A stretch of 64,000 nucleotides of DNA. Origin: Limisphaerales bacterium. Lineage in GTDB: Bacteria; Verrucomicrobiota; Verrucomicrobiia; Limisphaerales; Palsa-1400. The translations under genes and the position numbers were made by a program. Numbering within the stretch: position 1 is the first letter of the stretch; each line of letters begins with the position of its first letter. The notes under the pieces were generated by a model. It made no database searches and was not told where the DNA came from. It was given only the letters and a program-made list of their open reading frames with translations. Shown here one piece after another: positions 45,501 to 54,749 of this stretch. Where the stretch lies: the NCBI GenBank assembly GCA_052325505.1, contig JBKQUS010000141.1, positions 6,509-70,508 on the forward strand. The letters run 5' to 3'.

Positions 45501-46380
45501 CGTCGACTATAGCCGTTGAATTTGACGTGATAAGGACAGTCTGATTGGAGGGGGTTGTATAGCCGTTGATGGCGCTAAAACTCACCATATGAATGCCAAT
45601 TGTCAACCCTAAAACAGTAGCTCCGCTGGGCTGAGGAATTCCGCCGTCCACCTGCCACTGCGTCCCGTTGGTGATTGCCCCGTCCGGGCTGATGATTACT
45701 TGCAACGAACCGGCTGGGATCGGCGCGTTCAACATTACGGCAGGAATGCTGTCAAAGGTGGAACTCCAACCGCTGGTTCCGGGCAAATAATAGATCGTCG
45801 TGTTGTTGTCTGGATCGAACACCAAAGAATCGAGTATTGCGGGGGCGTTACCCTGAAAGTAAACTCCTGTCAGGCTTGGACAATCAAAGAATGCCTCTTG
45901 CCAGATGCTGGTGACACCATTACCTATCGTGACGTTGGTCAGATTGGGGCAGTCGTAGAATATTCCGTACTCGATGGTTGAGATGCTGTTGCCTATCGTG
46001 ACGCTGGTTAGGCCGAGGCAGTAAGAGAACGCCCAGCTAGTGATGTTGGTGACGCTGTTGGGGATCACGGCGCTCGTCAGGCTGGAGGACATGAATGCCT
46101 CATATCCGATGCTGGTGACGCCGTCAGCGATCGTGACGGTGTGCAGGGTAGAGCAGTAAGCGAACGCATCTCCTCCGATGTCGGTGACCGTCAGGCCGTT
46201 GATGTTGGTTGGAATGGTCACATCACCGCCCGTCCCGATGTATCCCGTGATGGTGATGGTGTTCGTATTGTCGGGATTTACGGAGTAATTGAAATTATCA
46301 CCTGATCCTGATTGGGCATATACCGTTGCGGCCGCGGCCAACAGAAGCAATCCGAAAAGAGCGAGAAATATCCCTTTCAT
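42571..46380 (-). CDS. Giant secreted BspA-type leucine-rich-repeat protein with 3 PEGA-like domains, InlB-B-repeat-like domain and the ~330-aa C-terminal region shared with 22581..24953
   Basis: I prefer the ATG at 46378-46380 (MKGIFLALFGLLLLAAAATVYAQSG, a signal peptide). The track's extension to 46725 runs through a repeat/hairpin region. There are many ~23-aa units such as VTIP(N/D)SVTSIG..AF..C..LTSV. The unit L.VII.P..AIT.GAQWQVDGG...SGATV..L..G.H..SF.A occurs 3 times. Confidence 0.8.
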   Translation of the reverse strand: MKGIFLALFGLLLLAAAATVYAQSGSGDNFNYSVNPDNTNTITITGYIGTGGDVTIPTNINGLTVTDIGGDAFAYCSTLHTVTIADGVTSIGYEAFMSSSLTSAVIPNSVTNITSWAFSYCLGLTSVTIGNSISTIEYGIFYDCPNLTNVTIGNGVTSIWQEAFFDCPSLTGVYFQGNAPAILDSLVFDPDNNTTIYYLPGTSGWSSTFDSIPAVMLNAPIPAGSLQVIISPDGAITNGTQWQVDGGIPQPSGATVLGLTIGIHMVSFSAINGYTTPSNQTVLITSNSTAIVDATYGGGSLQVIINPIEAITSGAQWQVDGGTNENSGATVNNLSAGEHTISFTAAFGWYMPPSQTITITDGSTTTATGIYVSQYIYTTNADNTLTITGYTGPGGDVIIPVSINNLTVTSIGDGQDYVFAETGVTSVTIPNSMTSIGDYAFAYASLTNLMIPSSVTNIGEGAFASETSLTAIDVDAQNAFYRSVDGVLFDTGQSTLLQYPSGLSGSYTIPDSVTSIGDLAFGYSGLTSVTIPGSVTNIGDQAFAFCASLTAITVDTNNSYYSSVDGVLFDKSQTTLIQFPSTASGVYAIPGGVTSISDGAFSDCTGLSSVTIPDSVISIGSNAFYGCAGLNAVTIPNGVTSIGSSAFYGCYDLSSVTIAGSVTNIGDYTFAYCGYAIAVYFQGNAPAAGSSVFYFDPVGVGFPYWTVVYYLPGTTGWDSFSANTGVPVVSWPDALYVIITPASAITNGAQWQVDGGSFQNSGATVTNLTVGNHVVSFSAISAWTTPASQSVTITNGATTTAIGFYIPAATPANGLILLTNGFGAIHHETWPENLLVGEHYTVKAMPKTKNLFVNWVGGTNQPYSVLSSSASYMFTMESNLVLEANFVTNSFLAAHGNYRGLFAPTNLARQQTNSGAFSLSVTRDGAVSGKLELDGHSVPLSGRFEPDGTAEIISKPVHGIPSLTTALQLDFADQSVGGTVSNDNFTAELVGYRDAFSKSDEAAELVGRYTLIIPGTNDPSVGPFGTSYGTVNVDDLGIVTLVGSLADGTAISQSSVVSQDGYWPLYVNLYGGKGSLWGWNYFTNHTLTNDSPISWINATNSARTAVYRSGFTNQEATLTGGIYIQSQVLPADLIAILEGGNLPFAITNGVTLTTSDKITLTNSLDETNKLKLRIKKSTGMITGSFANPDDPKQSIKIHGVILQGQTNAQGYFLGTNQSGAFLLDSPSNTQASSSNPVVITDPGDGGVVTTSTGYVGGVVITSGAFSSAR

Positions 46381-46523
46381 ACTTGCGGGATCATGCCATC
46401 TTTTGCCGGTTGAAGCGAGGTAAATAAGCTGAACGACAAGCACATTTATTGTCGGGCTGGGCGCAAACAATGGTTGGTTCATTGTCAGCGTCCTCACCGT
46501 TGATGGGGAACCTCTTCTTCCCG

Positions 46524-46555
46524 CCCTCTCCTCCACAAGCGTGTGGAGGAGAGGG
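46524..46555. repeat. GC-rich perfect hairpin / palindrome (14-bp stem, 4-nt loop)
   Basis: CCCTCTCCTCCACA-AGCG-TGTGGAGGAGAGGG, read directly from the sequence. It lies in the divergent intergenic region between the LRR gene and the GT39-like gene. Confidence 0.8.
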
Positions 46556-46693
46556 AGAAGACGCACTTTGCCAGAACGACGGAGGGCGGACTGGAGAAAT
46601 GACTTGCAAACTTGTGGAGGAGAAACAGAATCACGAAAAACGCGCACGCGGGTCGCGGGCGAGAATCCAAATGGGAAATGTCTGATAAAATCT

Positions 46694-48271
46694 ATGACCA
46701 GCAATGAACCGGGAGGCCAACGCACTGATTGGCGGACCGTTGGCGGGGATGGGATCGCCCGATGGTTCCTGGTTGCCGTTGCTTGCGGGCTGGTGTGGCG
46801 CTTGGTGCGGTTTGGGCTTCATTTCGAGCTAACGGGAGACGAAACCGGAATCATGCTGAGTGTCATGGAGCGCGGTTACGCAGGATTGCTTCACCCGTTA
46901 AGTTATTATAATGTTTCGCCGCCGCTGTTTTTATGGATGACAAAAGTTCTCGACTCCATTTCTCCAAATGAATGGGCTGTGCGGCTGATGCCCTTCCTCG
47001 CAGGCATCGGAGCCATGGCGATGTTTGGGCTGATTTGCCGCGAAGCATTTGCTGGAATGGCAAGGTGGGTGTCCTGGGCGTTTTTCTGCGTCGCATACGT
47101 TCCGATTGCAGAATCAACAAGGGTCAAAGGATACACAATCGACCTGCTTGCCGCCACTGTGATGCTGTGGCTGATGTTACGATGGCTCCACACCCATAAA
47201 GCCCGTTATCTGCTCTGGCTCGCCCTCTGCGCCCCGGTTTTTGTCTGGTTGTCTTTCACGTCTGTTTTTATAATTGGCGCCGTTGGTCTTGCTTTCACGG
47301 CCTGCCTGCTAAAATTGCGTCCGGTTCCCAAGGGGACGTTGGATGATTCCTGCGGGTTGGGGTGGCGGAACATATCGGCTGGACTGACTTTCATGGCACT
47401 TGCAGCCGTCAGCACAGCATTTTTGTATGTGCTGAATATTCGACCCGGCCTTCAAGCGAGTCTGGGCAATGGGCTGCAGGACGCTTGGAAGCGCGGATTT
47501 CCGCCCTCTCAGGTGTGGGAGATTCCGATGTGGCTGCTGAGCGTGCATACTGGACGGGGGTTCGCCTGGCCTGTCGGAGAAAATCATTACGGGTCCACGC
47601 TCACATGTGTCTTGTGGCTGGTTGGCTTGATCGCATTTTGGCGTCATGGCAACAGACGGGTCTGGATCTTGTTTTTTGCCCCGCAAGTTCTGGCCCTTGC
47701 GGCGGCATTTCTGCATAAGTATCCCTACCTGCAAAATCCACGGATTTGCATGTTTTTAGGCCCCGGGATTTGCCTTTTTGCAGGGTGTGGGGCGCAATAT
47801 TTGATTGAGCGCGTGGATTCCGGAAAGAGGCGTTTTTGGTATTGCTTCGCGGCGTGCGCGCTGGCGTTGTGCGCCTTGGCCGGCATGGGACGCGATATCG
47901 CGCTGCGCCTTCGCGAGGTCAGAGGGCCGGGAATACGGAGCACGCTGGCCGAGATAAGCAGATTGCTCGGCGCCGATGGCCAGATTGTAGTGTTGAACGA
48001 CGCAAAGAACTCTGGAGTCTTTACTTACTATATCCAGCGAATCGTCAAGCAAAAGGTCTGGTACGATGGACAAATCCCGAAGGGACGAGCGCGAGATTCG
48101 AGGCTGGCATTGGTGGCGGTTGCCTCCAAATTAGCCGGCGCGGACGGCGCTTCTCTATTCGGGGAGTTCGAAAGGCGATATGGAAGGCCGCTTAAAGTGG
48201 AATGGATTCAAACTGCGCACGAGGTTTTGCTTGATAGCAAAGACAGTATTCTGGTGTGGATATGCGAGTGA
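46694..48271 (+). CDS. Polytopic membrane glycosyltransferase, GT39/GT83 (ArnT/PMT)-like
   Basis: I prefer the ATG at 46694 (MTSNEPGG...). There are about 10 or more hydrophobic helices. The N-terminal loop GDETGIMLSVMERGYAGLLHPLSYYNVSPPLFLWM resembles the DE...PPL region of ArnT/PMT_2-family enzymes. The family call rests on motif and topology only. Confidence 0.55.
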   Translation: MTSNEPGGQRTDWRTVGGDGIARWFLVAVACGLVWRLVRFGLHFELTGDETGIMLSVMERGYAGLLHPLSYYNVSPPLFLWMTKVLDSISPNEWAVRLMPFLAGIGAMAMFGLICREAFAGMARWVSWAFFCVAYVPIAESTRVKGYTIDLLAATVMLWLMLRWLHTHKARYLLWLALCAPVFVWLSFTSVFIIGAVGLAFTACLLKLRPVPKGTLDDSCGLGWRNISAGLTFMALAAVSTAFLYVLNIRPGLQASLGNGLQDAWKRGFPPSQVWEIPMWLLSVHTGRGFAWPVGENHYGSTLTCVLWLVGLIAFWRHGNRRVWILFFAPQVLALAAAFLHKYPYLQNPRICMFLGPGICLFAGCGAQYLIERVDSGKRRFWYCFAACALALCALAGMGRDIALRLREVRGPGIRSTLAEISRLLGADGQIVVLNDAKNSGVFTYYIQRIVKQKVWYDGQIPKGRARDSRLALVAVASKLAGADGASLFGEFERRYGRPLKVEWIQTAHEVLLDSKDSILVWICE

Positions 48272-48279
48272 CGATGACA

Positions 48280-49470
48280 TTACGGGTTGAGGACGCGGAA
48301 AAATTGCTGTGGAGCAGTCCCGATGTTCGTGTAAGGCGGAGGAGCCGAAATGAACGTCCACGGGCCAGACAGATTTGTCGTTTGAAGCAACGTGCCCCAA
48401 TTCCAGGTTAGCACCGTCTGGTTGCTGGCAACGAGCTGGAGGGTTGGTGATGGAGGCACACATGGTACTGCAGGGTCGAGGGAACCTGCTTCGTTGAGTC
48501 CCAGGAAGGGGATGACGTATGTCGCGTTGAGGTCCGCGTCTGTCATGTGCGGGCCGTTTTGCTCCGACCAGGCGTCGATGAGCGTATTGCTGCACGAATC
48601 CTGCCAGATTTGGTGCGTCCATTGGTGCGAGACATAGGTCAGCGTGGTAGTCAGCGTTGCATTGGTGCTTAACCCCAAGACAGAGGTCCATTCCGCGATG
48701 GCTTCGAGCTGGTTCGTGTAATTGATAATGGTGTCCGCTGTGCCATGCCAAAGCTGGACGCGGGGGCGAGACCCCAAATAGCCTTGGTACATGGCGCGAA
48801 CCAAGACTGCCCATACCTGCGGGGTATAGATCACCTGACCCTCGGCACACGGCGAGCTCCACTCATCACTTGCCACATAATCAACAGCCCAACATCCAGC
48901 CGGAACCCCTGAGAACTCGGCGCCCGCCTTGAAAACATCAGGATAGAGCGCGAGCAGAGCTTCCGTCATCATGGCGCCGGATGAGGTTCCTATCACATAA
49001 ACACGATTTGAGTTCGCCTGATACGTGTTTATTGTGTAGTTTACCATATTGACTATCGCTTCAGTATCACCGCCGGCGTAGCGCGAGAGAGACTTCGACG
49101 ACCCTACGTCCCAACAGTTCTGGCTGGTTTGCGGGAAGATCATAATGAAGCCGTACTGGTTACATGCCGCTACAATGCCACCCCCGGACGCCAAGCTGAA
49201 CATGGCAGAGGCACTCCCTCCGCAATAGTGGCAGGCCACCAGGATCGGAGGGTTCGTCACCACGTTGGCCGGCACGTAGATGTACATGCTGATATATGAT
49301 GGTACTCCACTCCTGCCCCAGTTGTTGGTGACCAACTGGAGCGACGCCGCCTTCGCTGGCAACGCCATAAAAAGTCCGAGACAAGCGGCCAGCAGGGAAC
49401 AGACAACCAGTGGCTTGTTGTTCACGTGGGAAGACCGCCGGGGAATTTGTTTTGTTAATTTGTCCTCCAT
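48280..49470 (-). CDS. PHB-depolymerase-family (LpqC/CE1-like) esterase with the short conserved C-terminal module, secreted
   Basis: The ATG is at 49468-49470 and the signal peptide is VVCSLLAACLGLFMALPAKA. Motifs are ILVACHYCGGSASAMF, NCWDVGS, VYVIGTSSGAMMTEALLALYPDVF (GxSxG) and QLWHGTADTII. The C-terminal module ends in PQQFFRVLNP. Confidence 0.75.
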   Translation of the reverse strand: MEDKLTKQIPRRSSHVNNKPLVVCSLLAACLGLFMALPAKAASLQLVTNNWGRSGVPSYISMYIYVPANVVTNPPILVACHYCGGSASAMFSLASGGGIVAACNQYGFIMIFPQTSQNCWDVGSSKSLSRYAGGDTEAIVNMVNYTINTYQANSNRVYVIGTSSGAMMTEALLALYPDVFKAGAEFSGVPAGCWAVDYVASDEWSSPCAEGQVIYTPQVWAVLVRAMYQGYLGSRPRVQLWHGTADTIINYTNQLEAIAEWTSVLGLSTNATLTTTLTYVSHQWTHQIWQDSCSNTLIDAWSEQNGPHMTDADLNATYVIPFLGLNEAGSLDPAVPCVPPSPTLQLVASNQTVLTWNWGTLLQTTNLSGPWTFISAPPPYTNIGTAPQQFFRVLNP

Positions 49471-49643
49471 ATGATTTGTTAGCAGGCTTCGGTGGAGCCC
49501 GACAGTAAATCGAACTCTCTGCCCCACTATACTAAAGCATAATCCAACATCAAAAGCTTCCGCAACATATTTCGCAGGAAAGCGTTAACCGCGTTGTCCT
49601 ACGGCAAAAACAGGAAGAGAAACCTTTGGGAAACACGGTTGGC

Positions 49644-50114
49644 TCAGGCTGCTGTTGAATCGGGCAGTTTGAGCTTTTGGCCGATCCTGATCAGGGACGT
49701 TTTGAGATCGTTCAGGGCCTGAATTCTCCGGGAAGAGGTGTGATGCAGTTTGGCAATCTTTGCCAGCGTGTCGCCGGGTTTGACGGTATAAACCGCAGTA
49801 TCAACCTGGGCGGGAGGAGGCGCAACTACAGCGACGGCAACGGGTTGCGGCGGCACTGGATTGACTTGTGTCTGTTGTGGCGTGGTTGTCGGCGGCTTCT
49901 GGTCGGATTTGGCCACGACGGCGGGGGCTGTTGTGTCGAGCGGAGTCGGGGCGAGGCTTACATCCTCACTGCTTGTGTTTTTGCAACCTTGCAGCAGCAG
50001 ACCACCGATGACGACGACATGAATGGTCAAGATCACCATGACTTTGAAGAAAAAGGTCGGTTTTCTTCGCAAGGGCCTTAAGCCGTTGCGGATCAGCGGG
50101 GTGGGAGCGTTCAT
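49644..50114 (-). CDS. LysM-domain protein with N-terminal membrane anchor
   Basis: A TM segment (FFFKVMVILTIHVVVIGGLLL) and a Pro/Thr/Val-rich linker precede a C-terminal LysM domain (YTVKPGDTLAKIAKLHHTSSRRIQALNDLKTSLIRIGQKLKLP). Confidence 0.75.
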   Translation of the reverse strand: MNAPTPLIRNGLRPLRRKPTFFFKVMVILTIHVVVIGGLLLQGCKNTSSEDVSLAPTPLDTTAPAVVAKSDQKPPTTTPQQTQVNPVPPQPVAVAVVAPPPAQVDTAVYTVKPGDTLAKIAKLHHTSSRRIQALNDLKTSLIRIGQKLKLPDSTAA

Positions 50115-50402
50115 AATCAGTACGGCTTATCTTTCTGCTTCGTTTATCTCATACATTTTAAATATCGGCATCATCCTTGCATAAGTTAAGCAGGCACCAT
50201 GCCAGTGTTTAGACCGATGGATTTGCCACGCGAGCCGTCTGGATTTCCTCTTGTTGATCTGTTGGGTGTTGATAAAACTCGTGCCCTTGTCCAGCATATG
50301 GACATCCTGCGAATCAAGCTTGGTTATCGACATGGCGTCGCAGGTCCGATACGTTTTCCCGGTCATGTGTGATTGCGAACACGGTCGTCCAAGGCAAATC
50401 AA

Positions 50403-52577
50403 ATGAAATGCTTCACCATCGTCCACCTGATATTGTTGGCTGTGGCGTTCGCCGCCTTGCCGGCTCCGGCCCAAACCAATCAATATCGGTTTCAAAATCC
50501 CAATCTGCCGGTTGAAGAACGAGTCAATAATATTGTTTCCCTGATGACGCTTCAGGAGAAAGTGGCGTTTCTGACTTCGCGGCCCGGCGTGCCGCGGCTT
50601 GGCATTCGTGCCATGGGCCATGTGGAAGGGCTGCACGGCCTGGCGCGCGGCGGGCCGAGCAATTGGGGACGGCGCAACCCCATTCCCACCACGATTTTTC
50701 CGCAGGCCATCGGCCTGGCCGAGACATGGGATCCGGAGGTGATGCGGCAGGTGGGCGAGGCGGAGGGTTATGAGACGCGTTACATTGCCCAGAGCACAAA
50801 TTACGGCGGTCGGGGCGGATTGATCGTGCGCGCGCCCAATGCGGATTTGGGCCGCGACCCGCGCTGGGGCCGGACGGAGGAGTGTTACGGCGAGGACCCG
50901 TTTTTCAACGGCACGATGGCGGTGGCGCTCATTCACGGACTGCAAGGAGATAATCCCAAGTACTGGCGCACTGCGTCGCTGTTGAAACATTTTTTCGCCA
51001 ACAGCAATGAAAATGGGCGCGACCACACATCCTCGGATTTCGACGAAGCTCTGTTGCGGGATTACTACACGGCGCCGTTTCGCATGGGATTCGAGGAAGG
51101 AGGCGCGCGCTGTTTCATGGCTTCCTATAATGAGTGGAACCATGTTCCCTGCACGGTGCAGCCGGTCATCAAGGACGTGGCCGTGAAGGAATGGGGCGTG
51201 GACGGGATCATCTGCACCGATGGCGGCGCGGCTGCGAATCTGACGAAAAAACAGCATTACTACGCCAATGCCATCGAGGCCGCCGCAGGCATGGTCAAGG
51301 CCGGCATTAATCAGTACCTCGATAACACCTCCACCAACGCCACCCGACTTGCGTTGGAAAAACATCTCCTCACCGAAGCCGACATCGACAAGAACATCAA
51401 AGGCACGTTACGCGTGTTCATCCGGCTTGGCCTGCTTGATCTGCCGGAGAATAATCCTTATGCGGCCATTGGCGCGGCGGGCGAACCCGAGCCGTGGACG
51501 ACCGAAAAACACAAGTCCCTGGCGCGATGGGTCACGGATAAGTCCATCGTGCTTTTGAAGAACTCGGAAAACCTTCTGCCGCTCGACAAATCAAAACTGG
51601 AATCCATTGCCGTCCTCGGCCCGCGCGCCAACGAAGTCCTGCTCGATTGGTACAGCGGCACTCCGCCGTATCGCATCACGCCGCTGGAGGGCATTCGCGC
51701 CAAGGCCGGCCCCAGTGTCAAGATCAATTTTTCCACCAACGAAACGGAGGCGCTGAAACTGGCGAAGGTTTCGAGCGTCGCGATTGTCTGCGTGGGCAAT
51801 AATCCGGTCGGCGTGCCGGACGCCAAATGGGGAAAAGTCTCCGCGCGGAGCGAAGGGCGGGAAGCAGTGGACCGGAAATCCATTTCGCTGGAACAGGAGA
51901 AATTGATCAAACGGGTAATGGCCGCGAATCCGAGGACGATCGTCGTGCTCATCTCCAGTTTTCCCTATGCGATCAACTGGACGCAGCAGCACGCGCCTGC
52001 CATCGTTCATATGGCTCAAAGCAGCGAGGAACTGGGGAACGCGCTGGCCGACGTGCTGTTCGGGGATTTCAATCCCGCGGGCAGGCTGGTGCAGACGTGG
52101 CCGCAGTCGCTCCAACAGTTGCCGCCAATGATGGATTACGACATTCGTCACGGGCGCACTTACATGTATTTCAAAGACCAGCCGCTGTATCCCTTCGGAT
52201 ACGGTTTGAGTTACACGACCTTTGAGTACTCCGGTTTGAAAACCAGCGCGCCAACGATTGCCCCGGACGGTGCTGTTACGGTAAGCCTCGATGTGAAAAA
52301 CAGCGGAAGCCGCGCGGGGGAAGAGGTGGTTCAACTTTACGTGAGGCGTCCGGACTCGCCAGCGGAGCGGCCCCGGCAGGAGTTACGCGGGTTCAAGCGC
52401 GTGGCGCTGCAACCGGGCGAAACTAAAACAGTTGAAATACCCCTGCCAGCCCGTTCGCTGGGCCATTGGGATGAGGGGCGCCATTCCTTCGTCGTGGAGG
52501 CGGGAGCGGTGGACGTTCTCGTCGGCGCCTCCTCCGCGGACATCCGTTTGCAGAAAAGCATTACGGTGAATGACTGA
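50403..52577 (+). CDS. GH3 beta-glycosidase (beta-xylosidase/beta-glucosidase type) with C-terminal Fn3-like domain, secreted
   Basis: The ATG at 50403 gives [25 protein letters not shown], a signal peptide. Motifs are [40 protein letters not shown] and GIICTDGGA (nucleophile Asp context). The C-terminal domain contains [23 protein letters not shown]. Confidence 0.85.
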   Translation: MKCFTIVHLILLAVAFAALPAPAQTNQYRFQNPNLPVEERVNNIVSLMTLQEKVAFLTSRPGVPRLGIRAMGHVEGLHGLARGGPSNWGRRNPIPTTIFPQAIGLAETWDPEVMRQVGEAEGYETRYIAQSTNYGGRGGLIVRAPNADLGRDPRWGRTEECYGEDPFFNGTMAVALIHGLQGDNPKYWRTASLLKHFFANSNENGRDHTSSDFDEALLRDYYTAPFRMGFEEGGARCFMASYNEWNHVPCTVQPVIKDVAVKEWGVDGIICTDGGAAANLTKKQHYYANAIEAAAGMVKAGINQYLDNTSTNATRLALEKHLLTEADIDKNIKGTLRVFIRLGLLDLPENNPYAAIGAAGEPEPWTTEKHKSLARWVTDKSIVLLKNSENLLPLDKSKLESIAVLGPRANEVLLDWYSGTPPYRITPLEGIRAKAGPSVKINFSTNETEALKLAKVSSVAIVCVGNNPVGVPDAKWGKVSARSEGREAVDRKSISLEQEKLIKRVMAANPRTIVVLISSFPYAINWTQQHAPAIVHMAQSSEELGNALADVLFGDFNPAGRLVQTWPQSLQQLPPMMDYDIRHGRTYMYFKDQPLYPFGYGLSYTTFEYSGLKTSAPTIAPDGAVTVSLDVKNSGSRAGEEVVQLYVRRPDSPAERPRQELRGFKRVALQPGETKTVEIPLPARSLGHWDEGRHSFVVEAGAVDVLVGASSADIRLQKSITVND

Positions 52578-53283
52578 ACGCACCGGCCATTTTGTTTTCC
52601 AGCCAGGAAATCAGGCTCTCGAAAATGAGCCGGCCGTCCGCGCTGCCCAAAATCGCCTCACTGGCCCTTTCCGGATGCGGCATCAGCCCAGCCACGTTGC
52701 CGGTCTCATTGGCGATGCCGGCGATGTTCCAGATCGACCCGTTGGGATTGGCCGCCTCCGTCAATTCGCCTTTCATGTCCGAGTATTGCCAAAGGATCTG
52801 GCCGTTGCTTTTGAGTTTCTCCAGCGTGGCCTCGTCCGCGAAATAGCAGCCCTCGCCGTGGGCAACGGGCACGCGCAAGATTTTCCCGGGCGGAATTTTG
52901 TTGGTGAACGGTGAAACATTGTTGCCGGTCTTGATAAAAACATGCTCGCATCGGAATTGGAGGGAGCGATTGCGGATCAGGGCGCCGGGCAACAGCCCCG
53001 CCTCGCACAGGATTTGAAAACCGTTGCAAATCCCCAGCACCGGCCCGCCGTTGGCGGCGAAGGACTGCACGGCTTCCATGATGGGGCTGAAGCGCGCAAT
53101 CGCGCCCGTGCGCAAATAATCGCCGTAGCTGAATCCTCCCGGAATGACCACGGCGTCAATGCCGGCCAGTGAATTCTCCTTGTGCCAGATGAAACGGGCC
53201 GAATGGCCGAGTACATCCTTGAGGACATGGAGCGCGTCCTGGTCGCAATTGGAGGCGGGAAACTGAAGGACAGCGAAATTCAT
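52561..53283 (-). CDS. purQ: Phosphoribosylformylglycinamidine synthase subunit PurQ (glutaminase)
   Basis: 240 aa with motifs [31 protein letters not shown] and MPHPER. The 3' end overlaps the GH3 3' end by 17 nt (convergent). Confidence 0.9.
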   Translation of the reverse strand: MNFAVLQFPASNCDQDALHVLKDVLGHSARFIWHKENSLAGIDAVVIPGGFSYGDYLRTGAIARFSPIMEAVQSFAANGGPVLGICNGFQILCEAGLLPGALIRNRSLQFRCEHVFIKTGNNVSPFTNKIPPGKILRVPVAHGEGCYFADEATLEKLKSNGQILWQYSDMKGELTEAANPNGSIWNIAGIANETGNVAGLMPHPERASEAILGSADGRLIFESLISWLENKMAGAFSHSP

Positions 53284-53284
53284 C

Positions 53285-53524
53285 TCACTCGATCTCGAAT
53301 TTGTAATCCTCGATCACCGGGTTGCTCAGAATTTTATGGCAGGCATCATCGATCTGTTTGCGCCAGCTTTCCTTATCCGCGCCGGGCAGTTCGATTTCCA
53401 GATACTTGCCGACATGCACCTCGCCGATGCCTTGATAGCCCATGTGTTCAAGGGCGTTTTGGACGGATTTCCCCTGCGGATCGAGGACGGCCTTTTTTGG
53501 CGTGACGATAATCGTGGCTTTCAT
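53285..53524 (-). CDS. purS: Phosphoribosylformylglycinamidine synthase subunit PurS
   Basis: The ATG at 53522-53524 gives a 79-aa protein, [46 protein letters not shown]..., which is the canonical PurS size and sequence. The stop lies 1 nt before the purQ ATG. The track's extension to 53701 is not supported. Confidence 0.88.
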   Translation of the reverse strand: MKATIIVTPKKAVLDPQGKSVQNALEHMGYQGIGEVHVGKYLEIELPGADKESWRKQIDDACHKILSNPVIEDYKFEIE

Positions 53525-53669
53525 GTTGGCGGCCTGCGCGACAGGGCGCGGCACGGGTTGATGTTGAGTGAAGGCGGCGCGACGCGCCAGTTTTTTTTGA
53601 GGCGGGCAACGGACTGGCTTCCCGTTCGTTCTTGCCATGGCGAGTGCGAATGAGGAATCCTTGGCTTGC

Positions 53670-54683
53670 ATGTCCAACAAAGCGCTTATTACTGGCATCA
53701 CCGGGCAGGACGGGTCCTACCTGGCGGAATTGTTGCTGGCGAAAGGCTACGAAGTCCATGGGATCATTCGTCGCGCCAGCACTTTCAACACCGGCCGACT
53801 CGAGGCCATTTATTCCGACGTCCACGAAAGGAAAACAAGGCTTTTCCTGCACTATGGGGACTTGAGCGATGCCAGCGGTTTGAGCCGGCTGTTGAACGGG
53901 ATCAAACCGGATGAAGTTTATAACCTGGCTGCCCAAAGCCACGTGCGTGTGAGCTTCGATTCCCCCGAATATACGACCGACATCACGGCGACCGGCGCGG
54001 TGCGGCTGCTCGAGGCCCTGCGTGAAACCGGGCTGCAGCCCCGTTTTTATCAGGCCTCTTCGAGCGAGATGTTCGGGTTGGTGCGTGAAACGCCGCAGCG
54101 CGAAACCACGCCGTTTTATCCGCGCAGCCCCTACGGCTGCGCCAAGGTCTTTGCCTACTGGATCACGGTCAACTTCCGCGAGTCTTACGGCCTCCACGCC
54201 AGCAACGGAATTCTTTTCAACCACGAGTCTCCCCGGCGCGGCGAAACGTTCGTGACCCGCAAAATCACGCGGGCCGTCGCCCACATTGCCGCCGGTTTGC
54301 AGAACAAATTGTTCCTGGGCAATCTCGACGCCAAACGCGATTGGGGTTATGCCAAGGAATACGTCGAGGCCATGTGGCTCATGCTGCAACAGGACAAGCC
54401 GGACGATTACGTCATTGCCACTGGAGAAACCCATTCCATCCGCGAGTTTCTCGACCTGGCTTTCGGCCATGCGGATCTTGACTGGAAGAAATACGTGGAA
54501 GTTGATCCGCGCTATTACCGTCCCGCCGAGGTCGATATTCTGATGGGCGATTTCAGCAAGGCGAAAAAGAAATTGGGCTGGGAACCCCGGACCAAATTCC
54601 CGGAGCTGGTCAAATTGATGGTCGAGGCGGACATCAAACTGCTCAAAGACCATCGCGAAGGCCGGATCAAAGTCACCGCATAG
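53670..54683 (+). CDS. gmd: GDP-mannose 4,6-dehydratase
   Basis: The ATG at 53670 gives [41 protein letters not shown]. Other motifs are [12 protein letters not shown] (YxxxK) and [17 protein letters not shown]. Confidence 0.92.
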   Translation: MSNKALITGITGQDGSYLAELLLAKGYEVHGIIRRASTFNTGRLEAIYSDVHERKTRLFLHYGDLSDASGLSRLLNGIKPDEVYNLAAQSHVRVSFDSPEYTTDITATGAVRLLEALRETGLQPRFYQASSSEMFGLVRETPQRETTPFYPRSPYGCAKVFAYWITVNFRESYGLHASNGILFNHESPRRGETFVTRKITRAVAHIAAGLQNKLFLGNLDAKRDWGYAKEYVEAMWLMLQQDKPDDYVIATGETHSIREFLDLAFGHADLDWKKYVEVDPRYYRPAEVDILMGDFSKAKKKLGWEPRTKFPELVKLMVEADIKLLKDHREGRIKVTA

Positions 54684-54749
54684 TTCGTCCGCTGCCGGCA
54701 AATGTGGCTTTCATCCGGGGGCGCACTATGTTAACCCCATAAGGCGCGG

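Noticed and set aside
46381-46725. N-terminal extension of the LRR protein, and the 46541-46693 extension of the GT39-like ORF
   Set aside because: Both run through the palindromic and repeat DNA. The internal ATGs give a clean signal peptide and a clean membrane-protein start respectively.
50127-51365. 412-aa minus-strand ORF
   Set aside because: It is antisense to the GH3 gene and runs into the LysM/GH3 intergenic region. It is a shadow ORF.
53525-53701. 59-codon extension of purS
   Set aside because: PurS proteins are about 80 aa. The extension overlaps the gmd start region and lacks coding-like sequence.
53448-54701. 417-aa minus-strand ORF
   Set aside because: It is antisense to gmd and overlaps purS. 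It is a shadow ORF.
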